64,000 nt of DNA. Origin: Octopus vulgaris (taxonomy: Eukaryota). This document shows positions 14,293-26,722 of the stretch, one piece after another; the stretch's first letter is position 1; each line of letters opens with the position of its first letter. Location of the stretch: assembly GCA_951406725.2 (NCBI GenBank), contig OX597830.1, positions 22,630,001 through 22,694,000 of the forward strand. Direction: 5' to 3'. Below the pieces are notes generated by a model that saw only the letters and a list, made by a program, of their open reading frames with translations, searched no databases and had not been told where the DNA came from. A program made the position numbers and the translations under genes.

Positions 14293-15624
14293 TATATATA
14301 TATATATATATATATATATCTGGTTCCAAATTGTACAAAGAACAAAGACAGATACATGTGAAAAAAATAACAAACAAGGTGTATTAGTTTGATGCTCAGG
14401 AAAAATGAAAGAGATTTTGATGTTTTTAGCCTATGTTCTACACAAAGAAATGACGAGAGAAAATAGATGGAGAGAGGGAAAAAAAAAACAAAGAAAAGTG
14501 GGGAGAAAAAAACGTCTTTGGATTAACAGTTGCACATGTTGATCAGTAACAAGGTTATATAAGTATGTGTGTGTGTGTGTGTGTGTGTGTGTTTGTGTGA
14601 TGCAAACAGGAAAATAAAACTCAAAACACGAGTTTATATACATTTTTATTAATAACTGGCAGAATTTACAGAGTGACAATATATATATATATATAGAAAG
14701 ATAGATATACTTGAATGTGTGTGTGTGTGTGTGTGTATATGAGAAGGAGAGGGAGAATTGATTAATCAATTAATGTGTTATGTTGTGTTTTCTATAATTA
14801 CTTTCTATGATTATAGCCTTAAAGCCAAAAATCTATCAAATTAATAGCTCACAGTTCACTATCCATTGTTTGGTGTCTGCTTTCCACCTCATCTAATAAT
14901 CTACTCTACTAATTCTTCTATTACAAAACAGTAAAGCACTCATGAAACTGAAAGACACCAGGGGTGACTGATAAAATGTAGATGAAAAATGTGAACATCA
15001 AGGAAGCAGAATACAACGCTCTTAAGATCAAACTTAAAGGAATGTCTTTGAAGGAATATCATTCCTGATGGGAGAATGAAGACGGAGCTAAGCAATAGAA
15101 GTTGTGTTAGATAGCCATTAGTTGGAATGAGATGACTGAGTGGAACTATTTTGATGCTGAAGATTTGGCATGGTTGACTGGACAATCAACCTGATTTGGT
15201 GACAGTGCTTTTTGGTACTGGAGGCACTCACACACACACAAACACAAGCGCATGTAGAAATATACACGTACAAGAAGAGTGAGAGAGACATTATAAATAC
15301 AAACATAACTAGATGCTTACACACAGAGAGAAAGAGAGGAGTGAGAGAAAGAGTAGAGAGAAAGGAAGGAGAGCGAGTGAGAAAAGGGAGGGAGAGTGAG
15401 TGAGAGAGAGAACAAGAGGAACCTTAGAATGAAACATCAAAAGGGGAGATGTTAAATAAGTCCCCATCGAATCAGTGATGCCACACAAGCAATGCCAAAA
15501 CCACCCTGCCAAAATGTCTCGTATCAACTCTCTTGATGTATTAAACAATAAGGAACTCTTGAAAAGTGGCTATTTTATGTTTCATATATTCTTGCATGTT
15601 TATATATTTTATATATTTTATATA

Positions 15625-16238
15625 TAAGACCCAGCAAGCCAAATGAGTCCATAACCTCGTGGCCTATGCCAGGGGTGTAACCAGCCCACTTATGCGTACC
15701 TTTCTTTCATTGGACACTAAACTCTGCTTGCGAAGACCTGTTGGGGCAAATGAAATCGAAATTGAAATCAAATTCGATGATTGGCATCCGTGCTAGTGGA
15801 GTGCTAAGAGCACCATTCGAGCGTGATCGTTGCCTGAGTGGCTAACTGGCTTCTGTGCTGGTGGCACATAAAAAGCACCGTTTGAGTGTGATCATTACCA
15901 GCGTTGCCTTACTAGCACTTGTGCCGGTGGCACGTGAAAATACATTTGAGCAAGGTTGTTGCCAGTGCCGCTGGACTGGCTCCTGTGCAGGTGGCACGTA
16001 AAAAACACCATTTGAGCATGGCCATTGCCAGTACTACCTGACTGGCCCTTGTGCTGGTGACACATAAAAGCACCCACTACACTCTTAGAGTGGTGGGCGT
16101 TAGGAAGGGCATCCAGCTTTAGAAACTCTGCCAGATAAAGATTGTAGCCTGGTGCAGCCATCTGGTTCGCCAGTCCTCAGTCAAATCGTCCAACCCATGC
16201 TAGCATGGAAAGCGGATGTTAAACGATGATGATGATGA
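15625..16238 (+). mobile_element. RTE-type 3' UTR element with an internal tandem repeat of about 63 bp and a (GAT)n tail
   Basis: Ends AGGAAGGGCATCCAGC...CAACCCATGCTAGCATGGAAAGCGGATGTTAAACGATGATGAT. The same tail occurs at 13340(-), 23338(-), 25185(-), 40520(-), 62740(+). Confidence 0.75.
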
Positions 16239-16718
16239 TATGTATATATTCATCATCTTCGTTATATATATATATATTCTTGAAGAAAGATAAAAAAAAA
16301 CTATATTTTTAAAGGAGGAAGAAATACGGGGTTATGATAGTCATACCTTTCCTGAATTAACTCTGAACATTTATGCAGGCATGGCTGTGCGGTTAAGAAT
16401 CTCACTCTGCAACCATATAGTTTTGGGTTCAATCCAGCTGCGTGACACCTTAAGAAAGTATCTTCTACTATAACCCTAAGTCAACCAATGCTTTATCAAC
16501 TTTGAGTTCCACCATTTAAAAAAACAAAAGAAGGAAAAACAAACCCAAAACACAATTTACTTCATGCTTCTCTTAGTTTCTAAAATCTGACCATTGTAAA
16601 CACACCAAAAACTGGTTGTCATGCAGGGGGGTGGGGGACAAACACTGACTCAAAGACACAAACACACACACACATACATACACGATGGGCTTTTTTAGTT
16701 ACCAAATCCACTCACAAG

Positions 16719-16902
16719 CATTAGTGTAGCTAGGGGTGGGTGGGTGATTGAGGGTGGGGTGGGGTGTGGGTGGCAGCAGGAGTGGCCTACCCCGGGAGGG
16801 ACTTTTGGGTCTGTTGTAGGCAATATGTGCCTTTTTTGTGGGATCCAGGGACAGCAAACAAAAGCGCTACTCCAGGCAGTACAAACTCTAGCTACGCTAG
16901 TG
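16719..16902. mobile_element. hAT-like MITE inserted in a SINE A copy
   Basis: 15-bp TIR CATTAGTGTAGCTAG / CTAGCTACGCTAGTG; 8-bp TSD CTCACAAG / CCCACAAG. Confidence 0.85.
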
Positions 16903-17718
16903 CCCACAAGGCTTTTGGTAGGCCTGAGGCTATAGTAGAAAACCCTCACCAAAGGTGCCATGCAGTGGGATTGAACCCAGAGCCATGTAGTTGGGAGCAA
17001 ACTTCTTACCATACAGCCACACCTATATCTAATATATGTGTGTTTGTGTTAATACAAACACATACATACATATAGATATGTATGTTTACTACACACACAC
17101 ACACACAAAGCTCACTTTAGTTCTCATTGACCAAAAATACCCATAAGGTTTTGGTTAGTAAAAGGCAACTCGCCAAAGATGCTGCTTAGTAGAACCAAAC
17201 CCAAAATCAGATGGTTGAGAAGCAAGCTTCTTAACCACATCACCATTCCTGTTTCAGTAAATAAAAGTTGATTATATTAAGATCCAGTCTGGTAGTAATA
17301 TAATTTATTCAATTTCGTTTTATGACTTCCTCTTGACCTTTAAACTCAGACAATTGATGCCAAATTCTACATTTATGCATATATATATAAGTCATCTTCC
17401 ATCTGCCCTCACCATCTGCTGGGTCACACTTCCAGTTATGGTTCTATCCTGTTGCTTACATGCTCACATTACCTTGACTGTACATGCTTTTCTCAGAATA
17501 CTGAATGCCCTTATCATTCTCACTTGTACGACTTATTACTAGCAATCAGGCCCTTCAGGCTTTTATCTAATCCTTTGTCTCTCACTCTGCAAATATAAAG
17601 AGGTTGGTAAGAGAGTACACACATGGAAGTCAATTGGGAGGTTCCTTTAGTCATGTCAAGTCATGGCTATGGCTACCTCTTTCGTACTGGTTACATGAAA
17701 AAAAAAATTTACCCAGCA

Positions 17719-18105
17719 GGAGTGGCTGTGTGGTAAGTAGCTTGTTTACCAACCACATGATTCCGGGTTCAGTCCTACAGTGTGGCACTTTGGGCAAGTG
17801 TCTTCTACTATAAACTCGTGTCGACTAAAGCCTTGTAAGTGGATTTGGTAGACGGAAACTGAAAGAAGCCTGTTGTATATATATATATGTGTGTGTGTAT
17901 ATGTTTGTGTGGCTGTGTTTGTCTCCCCAACATCGCTTGATAACCGATGCTGGTGTGTTTACATAACTGTAACTTAGCAGTTCAGCAAAAGAGCCCAATA
18001 TAGTAAGTACTAAGCTTACAAAGAATAAGTCCTGGGGTCGATTTGCTCGACTAAAGACGATGCTCCAGCATGGCCACAGTCAAATGACTGAAACAAGTAA
18101 AAGAG
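17719..18105 (+). mobile_element. SINE A copy
   Basis: Full length. Confidence 0.92.
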
Positions 18106-18114
18106 TACACTCTT

Positions 18115-18530
18115 ATCATTTATCATTTGTTTCAGTCATTAGACTTCGGCCATGCTGGAGCACTGCCTTGAAACATTTTTTTACTCCAATGAATTTAGTC
18201 CAGTACTTATTTATTTTTTTTTTTGAAGTCTAGTACTCAGTCTCTTTTGCTGAACTGCTAAGCTTAGGGGGACATAAACATACCAATACTGGTTGCTAAG
18301 CTTAGGGGGACATAAACATACCAATACTGGTTGCCAAGCAGTGGGGAGGGGGGCAAACAGACAGGCACACACACACACACTCTTCTTTAAGTTCCTGTCT
18401 ACCAAATCCACATACAAAGCCTTGGTCAGTCTGAAGCTATAGAACAAGACATTGCTTAAGATGCCACACAGTGGGAACTGAACCTACAACCATGTGGTTG
18501 GGAAATAAACTTCTTACCACACCACCACAG
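18115..18530 (-). mobile_element. SINE A copy (older, with a 38-bp internal tandem duplication at 18257-18332)
   Basis: Reverse-complement match; tail-to-tail with the preceding copy. Confidence 0.85.
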
Positions 18531-19473
18531 TGCCCAATCTGTGGTAGAGCCTCCCAAGCACTCACTGGACTGATCGGCCGCAGCTGGACATACTGTGACC
18601 CATCTTCTTCTCCCATGTGACACACTTGGTCATCATCGACAACAACGGATGATGATGATGATCATTATTATTATTATTATCATTAGTAGTAGTAGTAGTA
18701 TTTGACGCAGTGTGCTGGCAGAACCATTAGCATGCCAGGCGAAATGCCTGGCGGTATTTCATCTGTTTTTACAGTCTGAGTTCAAAATCTGCTGAGGTCA
18801 ACTTTATCTTTCATCCTTTCAAGCTTAGTGCCTCTAGCAGAAAGAAGAAGCAGCATCAGCAGTGGCGTCGTCGTCGTTGTTGTCATCACCATCATCATTA
18901 CAAGAGTACATAGCACTACACTGCAGTGGGTGATCTTGGGAGCAAGACGTTCCCAAGTAGACTGTTCTACAATGAGTTACATGCTTTCAAGGTCGTCTTG
19001 CGAGTATGTTTGTATCAATACTTTGGTCCACAATGCGATTGAGAACCAACTGCCAGTTCACCAAAAAAAAATCTATTTAGGGAGTCTGCAGCCGAGCATG
19101 TGCACTACATGTTCACTCCATCACAGTTGGAATTTACTTAGAAAAGTATACATATTCGACATATTAGCTCTATTCTAGCACAGTAGTATTAGGACATTCT
19201 ACATTAATGAGAGAAACTTATCAAGGGCCATGAGACTTTAATATGACAAATAAAAACCAGATTCCTGAGAATCCAATAGTGGTTGAGTGGGCGAAAAATA
19301 CCCCCAAAACTTGGTAAATTTGAATACATTCATCTCCTGTGGAAGAGAGAAACATGAAGGTTCACATGTATGGCTGAGCCCATCTTTGGGATGGGGTAAG
19401 AGTTGTTTTTAATAGCACTAAACATATAAGTTTAGCTGAAAATAAAATGAACTAAGAGAAATAACTCAGATGT

Positions 19474-19554
19474 ACAACTCTGTAGAACCAGCTTGGTTAG
19501 GCTGGCTATACAGCACTGATGAGGTCTGATAGACTGAAATGTGTCTAGAGTTGT
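19474..19554 (+). ncRNA. Candidate type I hammerhead ribozyme relic
   Basis: CTGATGA(19516)-GGTCT GAT AGACT-GAAA-T GTG TC. ACAACTCT(19474) can pair with AGAGTTGT(19547). Confidence 0.6.
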
Positions 19555-19624
19555 CTCTTGTCCAGTAAATAAAAAGATCGAATTGTCCTTTCCTGAGCCT
19601 GTAAATTAACTCGAGAAATTAATT

Positions 19625-20027
19625 ACTCTTTACTCTTTTACTTGTTTCAGTCATCTGACTGTGGCCATGCTGGAGCACCGTCTTTAGTCGAGCAAATCGA
19701 CCCCAGAACTTATTCTTTACAAGCCTAGTACTTATTCTATCGGTCTCTTTTGCCGAACCGCTAAATTAGGGGGACATAAAAACACACCAGCATCAGTTGT
19801 CAAGCGATGTTGGGGGGGACAAACATAGACACACAAACATATACACACACATACATATATATACACATATATACGACGGGCTTCTTTCAGTTTCCGTCTA
19901 CCAAATCCACTCACAAGGCGTTGGTTGGCCCGAGGCTATAATAGAAGACACTTACCCAAGGTGCCACACAGTGGGACTGAACCCGGAACCATGTAGTTCG
20001 TAAGCAAGCTACTTGCCACACATCCAC
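19625..20027 (-). mobile_element. SINE A copy
   Basis: Full length, low divergence. Confidence 0.92.
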
Positions 20028-20605
20028 TTGAAATTATCTTCCCTCACCTTTGAGAGTCACTAGAAATCACCTAGCGGTAATTGTTAGTGGCCCTTAAAGA
20101 ACACATGCACACAAATATATGTACATACATACATACATACATGACAGCCTTCTACACAGTTTCTGTCAACAAAATTTACTCACACAGCATAGGTCAGCCT
20201 GACACCATTGTAGAAGTTACGAGACCAAGGTGCCGTGCAGTGGGACTGAACCCCAAACTAATTGATTGAAAAGCGAGGTTTGATTTATTTCGGAGTTGTT
20301 TGAAATATAGCTAAAGTCAAATAAGGAAAAATAAAAAAAATACAACAAAACAAAAAATAAATAAATAAAAAATTTGGTAGATTCTTTCCCCTACCTCAAC
20401 TTTTGTAAATATATTTTTGCAGTTATCAATAACTGCAAGTAAATCTCATGGTGCAGCAAAAATAAATAAATAAATAAAAGTGGAAACAGATTTTAAAATG
20501 CACCAAATAAAAACATCCTACAAATCGACTAAGTGGGGATACTTTCGTTTGAGTAAAATCAAAGTCTGAAGATGTAGATCAGTGTTTACACATATAGATT
20601 CATAA

Positions 20606-20638
<33 letters not shown>

Positions 20639-20825
20639 TGATTATGTGTATGTATTACATATAAATCAGAATCATTTTGACATTTATTTATCTTTGTAAA
20701 TAAGTTGTATAAAAAATGCAAGGGTGGGGAGTAAGAAAAAAACGTGATTATACATGGGACCTTTAACTGAGTAAATAAATTATAAACACACTTGTACACA
20801 CCAAATCATATATACATAGTAGTCC

Positions 20826-20854
20826 TAGTAATAGTAGTAGTAGTAGTAGTAGTA

Positions 20855-20905
<51 letters not shown>
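20826..20905. repeat. (AGT)n(AAT)n microsatellite
   Basis: Direct inspection. Confidence 0.97.
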
Positions 20906-20908
<3 letters not shown>

Positions 20909-20924
20909 TGGATAAATGGATGGA

Positions 20925-21153
20925 TGGAAGAGTCCCAAATGCCAGAACCTTTTCCAAGATTGCAGGGGAAGGAGATGGTAGGCACAGCTATTCCCAATCA
21001 TGCCTGGCTGTAGAGGATTCCATGCTGAGTCTGTACGGAGAGTACTCACAACCACAGGAATGGCAGAAAATAGAAAAAAAAAAAAAGCTGGTTGCAAGGT
21101 TTGGTGAGGCAGCAGAAAAAGCTTTTTGCTGGTTGTGGAGCAAGAGAAAGTAG
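20925..21153 (+). pseudogene. 3' end of an RLE-bearing non-LTR retrotransposon (Hero/NeSL-like restriction-like endonuclease)
   Basis: Joined frames read KSPKCQNLFQDCRGRRW*AQLFPIMPGCRGFHAESVRRVLTTTG...FGEAAEKAFCWLWSKRK*, matching the recalled K..KY..L...C...GW...FPVEVGCRGF...LGEAAE.AS.WLW..R pattern. Confidence 0.72.
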
Positions 21154-22013
21154 CTAAACTGAAAGCTAGGAGGTGTAGGAGAGTGGAAATTTGGCAACCA
21201 CAACTGACCTGCTAATGGCAGGGGATGGTGGTGGAATACAGTTCAAGTTGAAATACCCAGTAACCCATCCTGGGTAAAGTTAGATTCACCAAATGTGAAT
21301 GAAGGGGAAGTGTTGTGTTTTAGACGTTATTATTCTCAAAAACATGCTCCTGCTCAGGCACAGGCATGGCTGTGTGGTTAACCAGATCCTTGTGAGTGGA
21401 TTTAGTAGACAGAAACTGAAAGAAGCTTGTTGTGTGTGTTTGTCTGTGTTTGTTCCCTGCCACTGCTTGAGAACTGGCGTTAGCATGTTTATGCCACTGT
21501 AACATAACAGTTCAGCAAAAGAGACCGATAAAACAAGTACCAAGCTTTAAAAAAAGAAATAAGAATTGGGCTTGATTCATTCGACTAAAAATTCTTCAAG
21601 GCAGTGCCCCAGCATGGCTGCAGTCTAATGACTGAAACAAGCAAAAGGTAAAAGATAAAAGACATACACCTCATAATATGGAAAGTTGTACCAAAAGTAA
21701 TTCAAAAGTGGACATAACCATTTAAAAAAAATTATTATTAACTTTTCTAGGACATATGAATCTTACATGTTGTTAGAGTAACTCTTCCTCTATACAAAGC
21801 TACTATCCAACATGGTCTCCACCACAGGCTATGCATGTACATCCTCACTGAACCCCAACTCTTGAATCCACTTTGAAAAAATTCAGGTGTGCATTGTTGT
21901 GCACACTTCTTGCCTAAAATGCCACATGTGGGTTTGAACCTGGGGTCTGTAAGTGCACAGCAAACTTCTTACTTGCCACACCAAATACATATAAAAACAG
22001 CAATATATGTATA

Positions 22014-22058
<45 letters not shown>

Positions 22059-22831
22059 GGGCGCACTCATGGCTGTGTGGTAAGAAGCTTGCTTCTGAAA
22101 GAACCTGATTGTATACATATATATATATGTGTGTGTATATATGTATGTATGTGTGTGTGTGTGTCTGTTGCCCCCACCACCATCACTTGACAATTGCTAT
22201 CGGTGTGTTTATGTCCCTGTAACATAGCAGTTTGGTAAAAGAGACCAATAGAATAAGTACTAGGCTTACAAAGAATAAGTCCTGGGGGAGATTTCATTAA
22301 CTAAAACCCTTTAAGGCGGTACTCCAGCATGGCTGCAGTCAAATGACTGAAACAAATAAAAGAACACACACACACACAAACGCTTATACAAACACACACA
22401 TACATATACATTAAAATAGATACGAAAAGAGAAAAAAGAAATGAACAAACATATTTACAACTTTGAGATGCTTACCAATATATAATATATCAAAGATAAT
22501 TATGTGTCAATGTGTGTGTGTGTGTGTGTGACTGAAAGAAAAAAATCACCTCTTCAATCATTCTCTCTAACTACATCAAAATTCACACCATCTCTAAGAG
22601 TGACCACTTTGTCAAAATAACGAACAGTTAGTTCAACCAAGTATACTGATATGGTGTGGACTGCTAAATTGAAACATAACAGTAATGTCTTAGATTATTT
22701 ATAGATATCTCTTTATGTTTTGCATTTAAATTGCTTGTGTTTGACTTTGCCTTTCAACTTTCTGAGGTAAATAGGAGAACAACCAGTACATACTGGCAGT
22801 GTTTTGATTAACTGTACACTGCTCCTCTGTG

Positions 22832-23082
22832 GAGGCACGTGGCTTAGTGGTTAGGGTGTCAGCATCATGATCGTAAGATTGTGGTTTCGATTCCTGGACC
22901 GGGCGATGCGTTGTGTTCTTGAGCAAAACACTTCATTTCACGTTGCTCCAGTCCACTCAGCTGGCAAAAATGAACAACACTGTGATGGACTGGCGTCCCG
23001 TCCAGCTGGGGAACACATACGCCATAGAAACCGGGAAACTGGGCCCATGAGCCTGGCTAGGCTTTAAAAAGGCGCATTTATT
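22832..23082 (+). mobile_element. Young SINE C copy with TSD
   Basis: TSD TACACTGCTCCTCT(G/A)TG on both sides; CpGs intact; inserted in a decayed SINE B. Confidence 0.9.
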
Positions 23083-23756
23083 TACACTGCTCCTCTATGA
23101 AATTGTGTCTTTGCATTAGTGTGAAGATTCCAAATTTATTATCCAGTGCAGACATAGCTGTTTGCTTAAATTCCTTTTACAACATTTTGCAGCACTTGAA
23201 TCCTGTCTACTTTACAGACCTTTGAACCTCAGGTTGTCTTGCTGCGTGATGCCTCGGGCAAGTGTCTTCTACAAAAATCCTGGGTTGCTGAGTTTCTTGT
23301 GAGTGAATCTGGTAGAAAGAAACTATGCAAAAGTCATCCATCATCATCATCATTTACTGTCCACTTTTCTATGCTTGCATGGGTTGGATGGACTTTGTTG
23401 CAGCAAATTTTGTATGGCTGGATGCCCTTCCTGTCACCAGCCCTCTCCTGTTTCCAAGTAAGGTAATATTCCCCCATGGCCAGACATGTTTTCATGGAAG
23501 AATGGAAACAAAGCAAATCTTTTCTATGATAGTGATACAACAATCATGCAATATCAAGGCAAGGACACACACATTATACACAGACACAATGGGCTTCATT
23601 TAGTTTCTGTCTTATAAGGCTTTTCTCATCCTGGGGCCACAGAAGATGCTTACCCAAGGTGCCAAACAGTAGGACTGAATCCAACACTATGTAGTTGGAA
23701 GCAAACTTCTTACCTCACAGCTATCCTGCACCTATATATATATATATATAGGCACA

Positions 23757-24148
23757 GGGGTGGCTATGTGGTAAGTAGCTTGCTTACGACCACATGGTTC
23801 CGGGTTCAGTCCCACTGTGTTGCACCTTGGGCAAGTGTTTTCTACTATAGCCTCAGGTTGACCAAAGCTTTGTGAGTGGATTTGGTAGATGGAAACTGAA
23901 AGAAGCCCGTCATATGTATGTAATGTATGTATGTATGTATACGTGTGTTTGTGTGTCTTAGTTTGTCCCCCACCATCGCTTGACAACTGATGTTGGTGTG
24001 TTCACGTCCCTGTAACTTAGCAGTCCGGCGAAAGAGTCCAATAGAATAAGTATGAGGCTTACAAAGAATAAGTCCTGGGGTCAATTTGTTCGACTAAAGG
24101 CAGTGCTCCAGCATGGCCGCAGTCAAATGACTGAAACAAGTAAAAGAG
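23757..24148 (+). mobile_element. SINE A copy
   Basis: Full length. Confidence 0.92.
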
Positions 24149-24564
24149 ATATATTAGCCAGAAAAAGATGTACTGAGTGCACAATAGGTGAACCACGAAT
24201 GTACTGAGAGCATGATAGGTGAACCGCGATATGACGAGGGATTATGGTACATACACACATGTGCGTGTGTGTATGTTAATGAATAGATGTATATGTGTCT
24301 ATGTATATGTGTGTGAATGTTGACATTTCATGCTTTCACTTGTCACCATCTGAATGATATGGTGATATGCTGTTTTCACTCCTTGTTGACATTAAGGCCA
24401 TTTGCTTTACACTTTATAGGGCTGTGAGTAAAAAAACAAAACAAAAGCAATCCTTTACTTGAAAGTCATGAAGGGAAGAGCATCTGCTTGTAAGATCCTG
24501 CTTCAAGTTAGTGGTCCTATCCAAACTGTGCTACCATGGAAGATTACATATCTTTTATCCTTTA

Positions 24565-24965
24565 CTAGCAGTATCGCCCGGCGTTGCTCGGGTTTGTAAG
24601 GGAAATAACTATATAAGCATTTTTAGAGATGTAAAGTATAATAGCCATCTCAATATGGCTAACCACAAAGGGGGGGTGTTACTGTAGCTTTTTACATTCT
24701 GAGATTTAATAATAAATTTTTAGAGAGTTACTTTTTTAGAGAGTTATATGCCAAAAATGCATTAAAAATGGGAAAAATTGATGGTAATTTTTTTTAAAAA
24801 TCGTAGACTCATTGTAGACGCGCGCTAATACCCAGAAGGGCTCGATATGAATCACGACTATAAGATACCCGGTTTTGGTTAAACTGCACCGCAAAATGTG
24901 GGAGTAGTTAGGAATCTAAATCGTAGGAGACAGACAGCACACAACCTCTCTTTTATATATAAAGA
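24565..24965 (-). mobile_element. Non-autonomous Helitron
   Basis: Minus strand 5'-TC...CCCGAGCAACGCCGGG hairpin-CGATACTG-CTAG-3'; sits between A and T with no TSD; inside a SINE A tail. Confidence 0.88.
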
Positions 24966-25569
24966 TTTGTTTTTGTCATTTGACTGCAGCCGTCCTGAAG
25001 CATTTGCCTTGAAGAATTTTTGTTTAACAAATCAACCCCTCTACTAATTTTTCTTTTTTTAAAAGCCTGGTACTTATTCTATCAGTGTCTTTTGCTGAAC
25101 TGTGTTTACAGGGATGTAAACACACCAACACTGGTTGTCATGCAACGATGATGGATAAACAGAGACACAAAGACACACACATTGTCATTTAATGCCCTCC
25201 TTCCATGCTGGCATGGGTTGGACAGGAACTGGCCAGGCAGGAGCTGTGCCATGCTTCTGTGTCTGTTTTGGCATGGTTTTTTATGGCTGGATGCCCTTCC
25301 TAACACCAACCATTCCATAGAGTGGGCTGAGTGCTTTTTATATGACATTTGCATGTACTCCTTTACTTGTTTCAGTCATTCGACTGTGGCCATGCTGGAG
25401 CATTGCCTTTAGTTGAACAAATTGTAAGCCAAGTACTTATTCAATCGGTCTCTTTTGCCAAACTGCTAAGTTATGGGGACGTAAACACACCAGCATTGAT
25501 TGTCAAGCGATGGTTGGGGGACAAACACAGACACACAAACTTAGAAAATAATTACTGGGGTCGATTTGT

Positions 25570-25804
25570 GGATCTTTTCACTTTGACAGGCAGATTTTTA
25601 AAATAATTTCTTTCTAACTAAACACTTTTAAACTTCGTATACTGGTAGTATGTTACATAAAACATCTTTTTCTCTTGGCTTTCTTGAGAAAATTCTGTAG
25701 GTTGTAAGCAATTTGTTGCTTAATTTCTTGCATTTCGGCAATTTCAACCAATCAATGACGTCTATTGAGGTGAATACAATATCTGCCGTATTTTGTCAAC
25801 AACA
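25570..25804. mobile_element. Truncated GGATC-MITE, subfamily 2
   Basis: Left end GGATCTTTTCACTTTGACAGGCAG, homologous to the 27470 copy; right end missing. Confidence 0.8.
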
Positions 25805-25892
25805 TAAGAGAAGATATTAACACAGGGATTGAAAAAGTATAGAAAGATAGTGTTATTATAATAAAAGATCGAGATGAGGTGAGGTGAGGTGA

Positions 25893-25934
<42 letters not shown>

Positions 25935-26217
25935 CAAATATCAAAGGCAAGGATATAGTTGTATGCATATAAAGCGTATGTATATATATATAGACACACG
26001 CACACATATACACACACGTATATATTTAAGAGATGAGAATAGTGTGAGCACGCAGGAATTTGTTATTCCAGACGAAATCTTCTCACATTGAAACGATAGT
26101 TTAAGGGAATAAATGAAGTTCATAAAAAATAATATAAATATTGTTATAATGATAATAAGCTAATACGAATAGTGAAATAGGAAGAAACGGAAACTGATAC
26201 ACGGTTATAGATTTGTA

Positions 26218-26327
26218 TACGTGTGTGTGTATGTATATACATATTACACACACACACGTATACTGGATATATATATATACACACGCACGTATACTGGAGA
26301 TATATATATACACACGCACGTATACTG

Positions 26328-26372
<45 letters not shown>

Positions 26373-26381
26373 GTATACTGG

Positions 26382-26419
<38 letters not shown>

Positions 26420-26427
26420 GTATACTG

Positions 26428-26466
<39 letters not shown>

Positions 26467-26500
26467 GTATACTGGATATATATATATACACACGTATACT

Positions 26501-26539
<39 letters not shown>

Positions 26540-26555
26540 CACACACGTATACTGG

Positions 26556-26586
<31 letters not shown>

Positions 26587-26631
26587 TATACTGGATATAT
26601 ATATATATATATATACACACACGTATACTGG

Positions 26632-26663
<32 letters not shown>

Positions 26664-26722
26664 GTATACTGGATATATATATATACATACACACGTATAC
26701 TGGATACACACACACACACATA
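26218..26722. repeat. Minisatellite of CACACGTATACTGGA(GA)(TA)n units, about 13 copies
   Basis: Direct inspection. Confidence 0.95.

Noticed and set aside
22832-22905. tRNA-like sequences here and at other SINE heads
   Set aside because: They continue into SINE bodies with tails and TSDs; I could not confirm an intact cloverleaf
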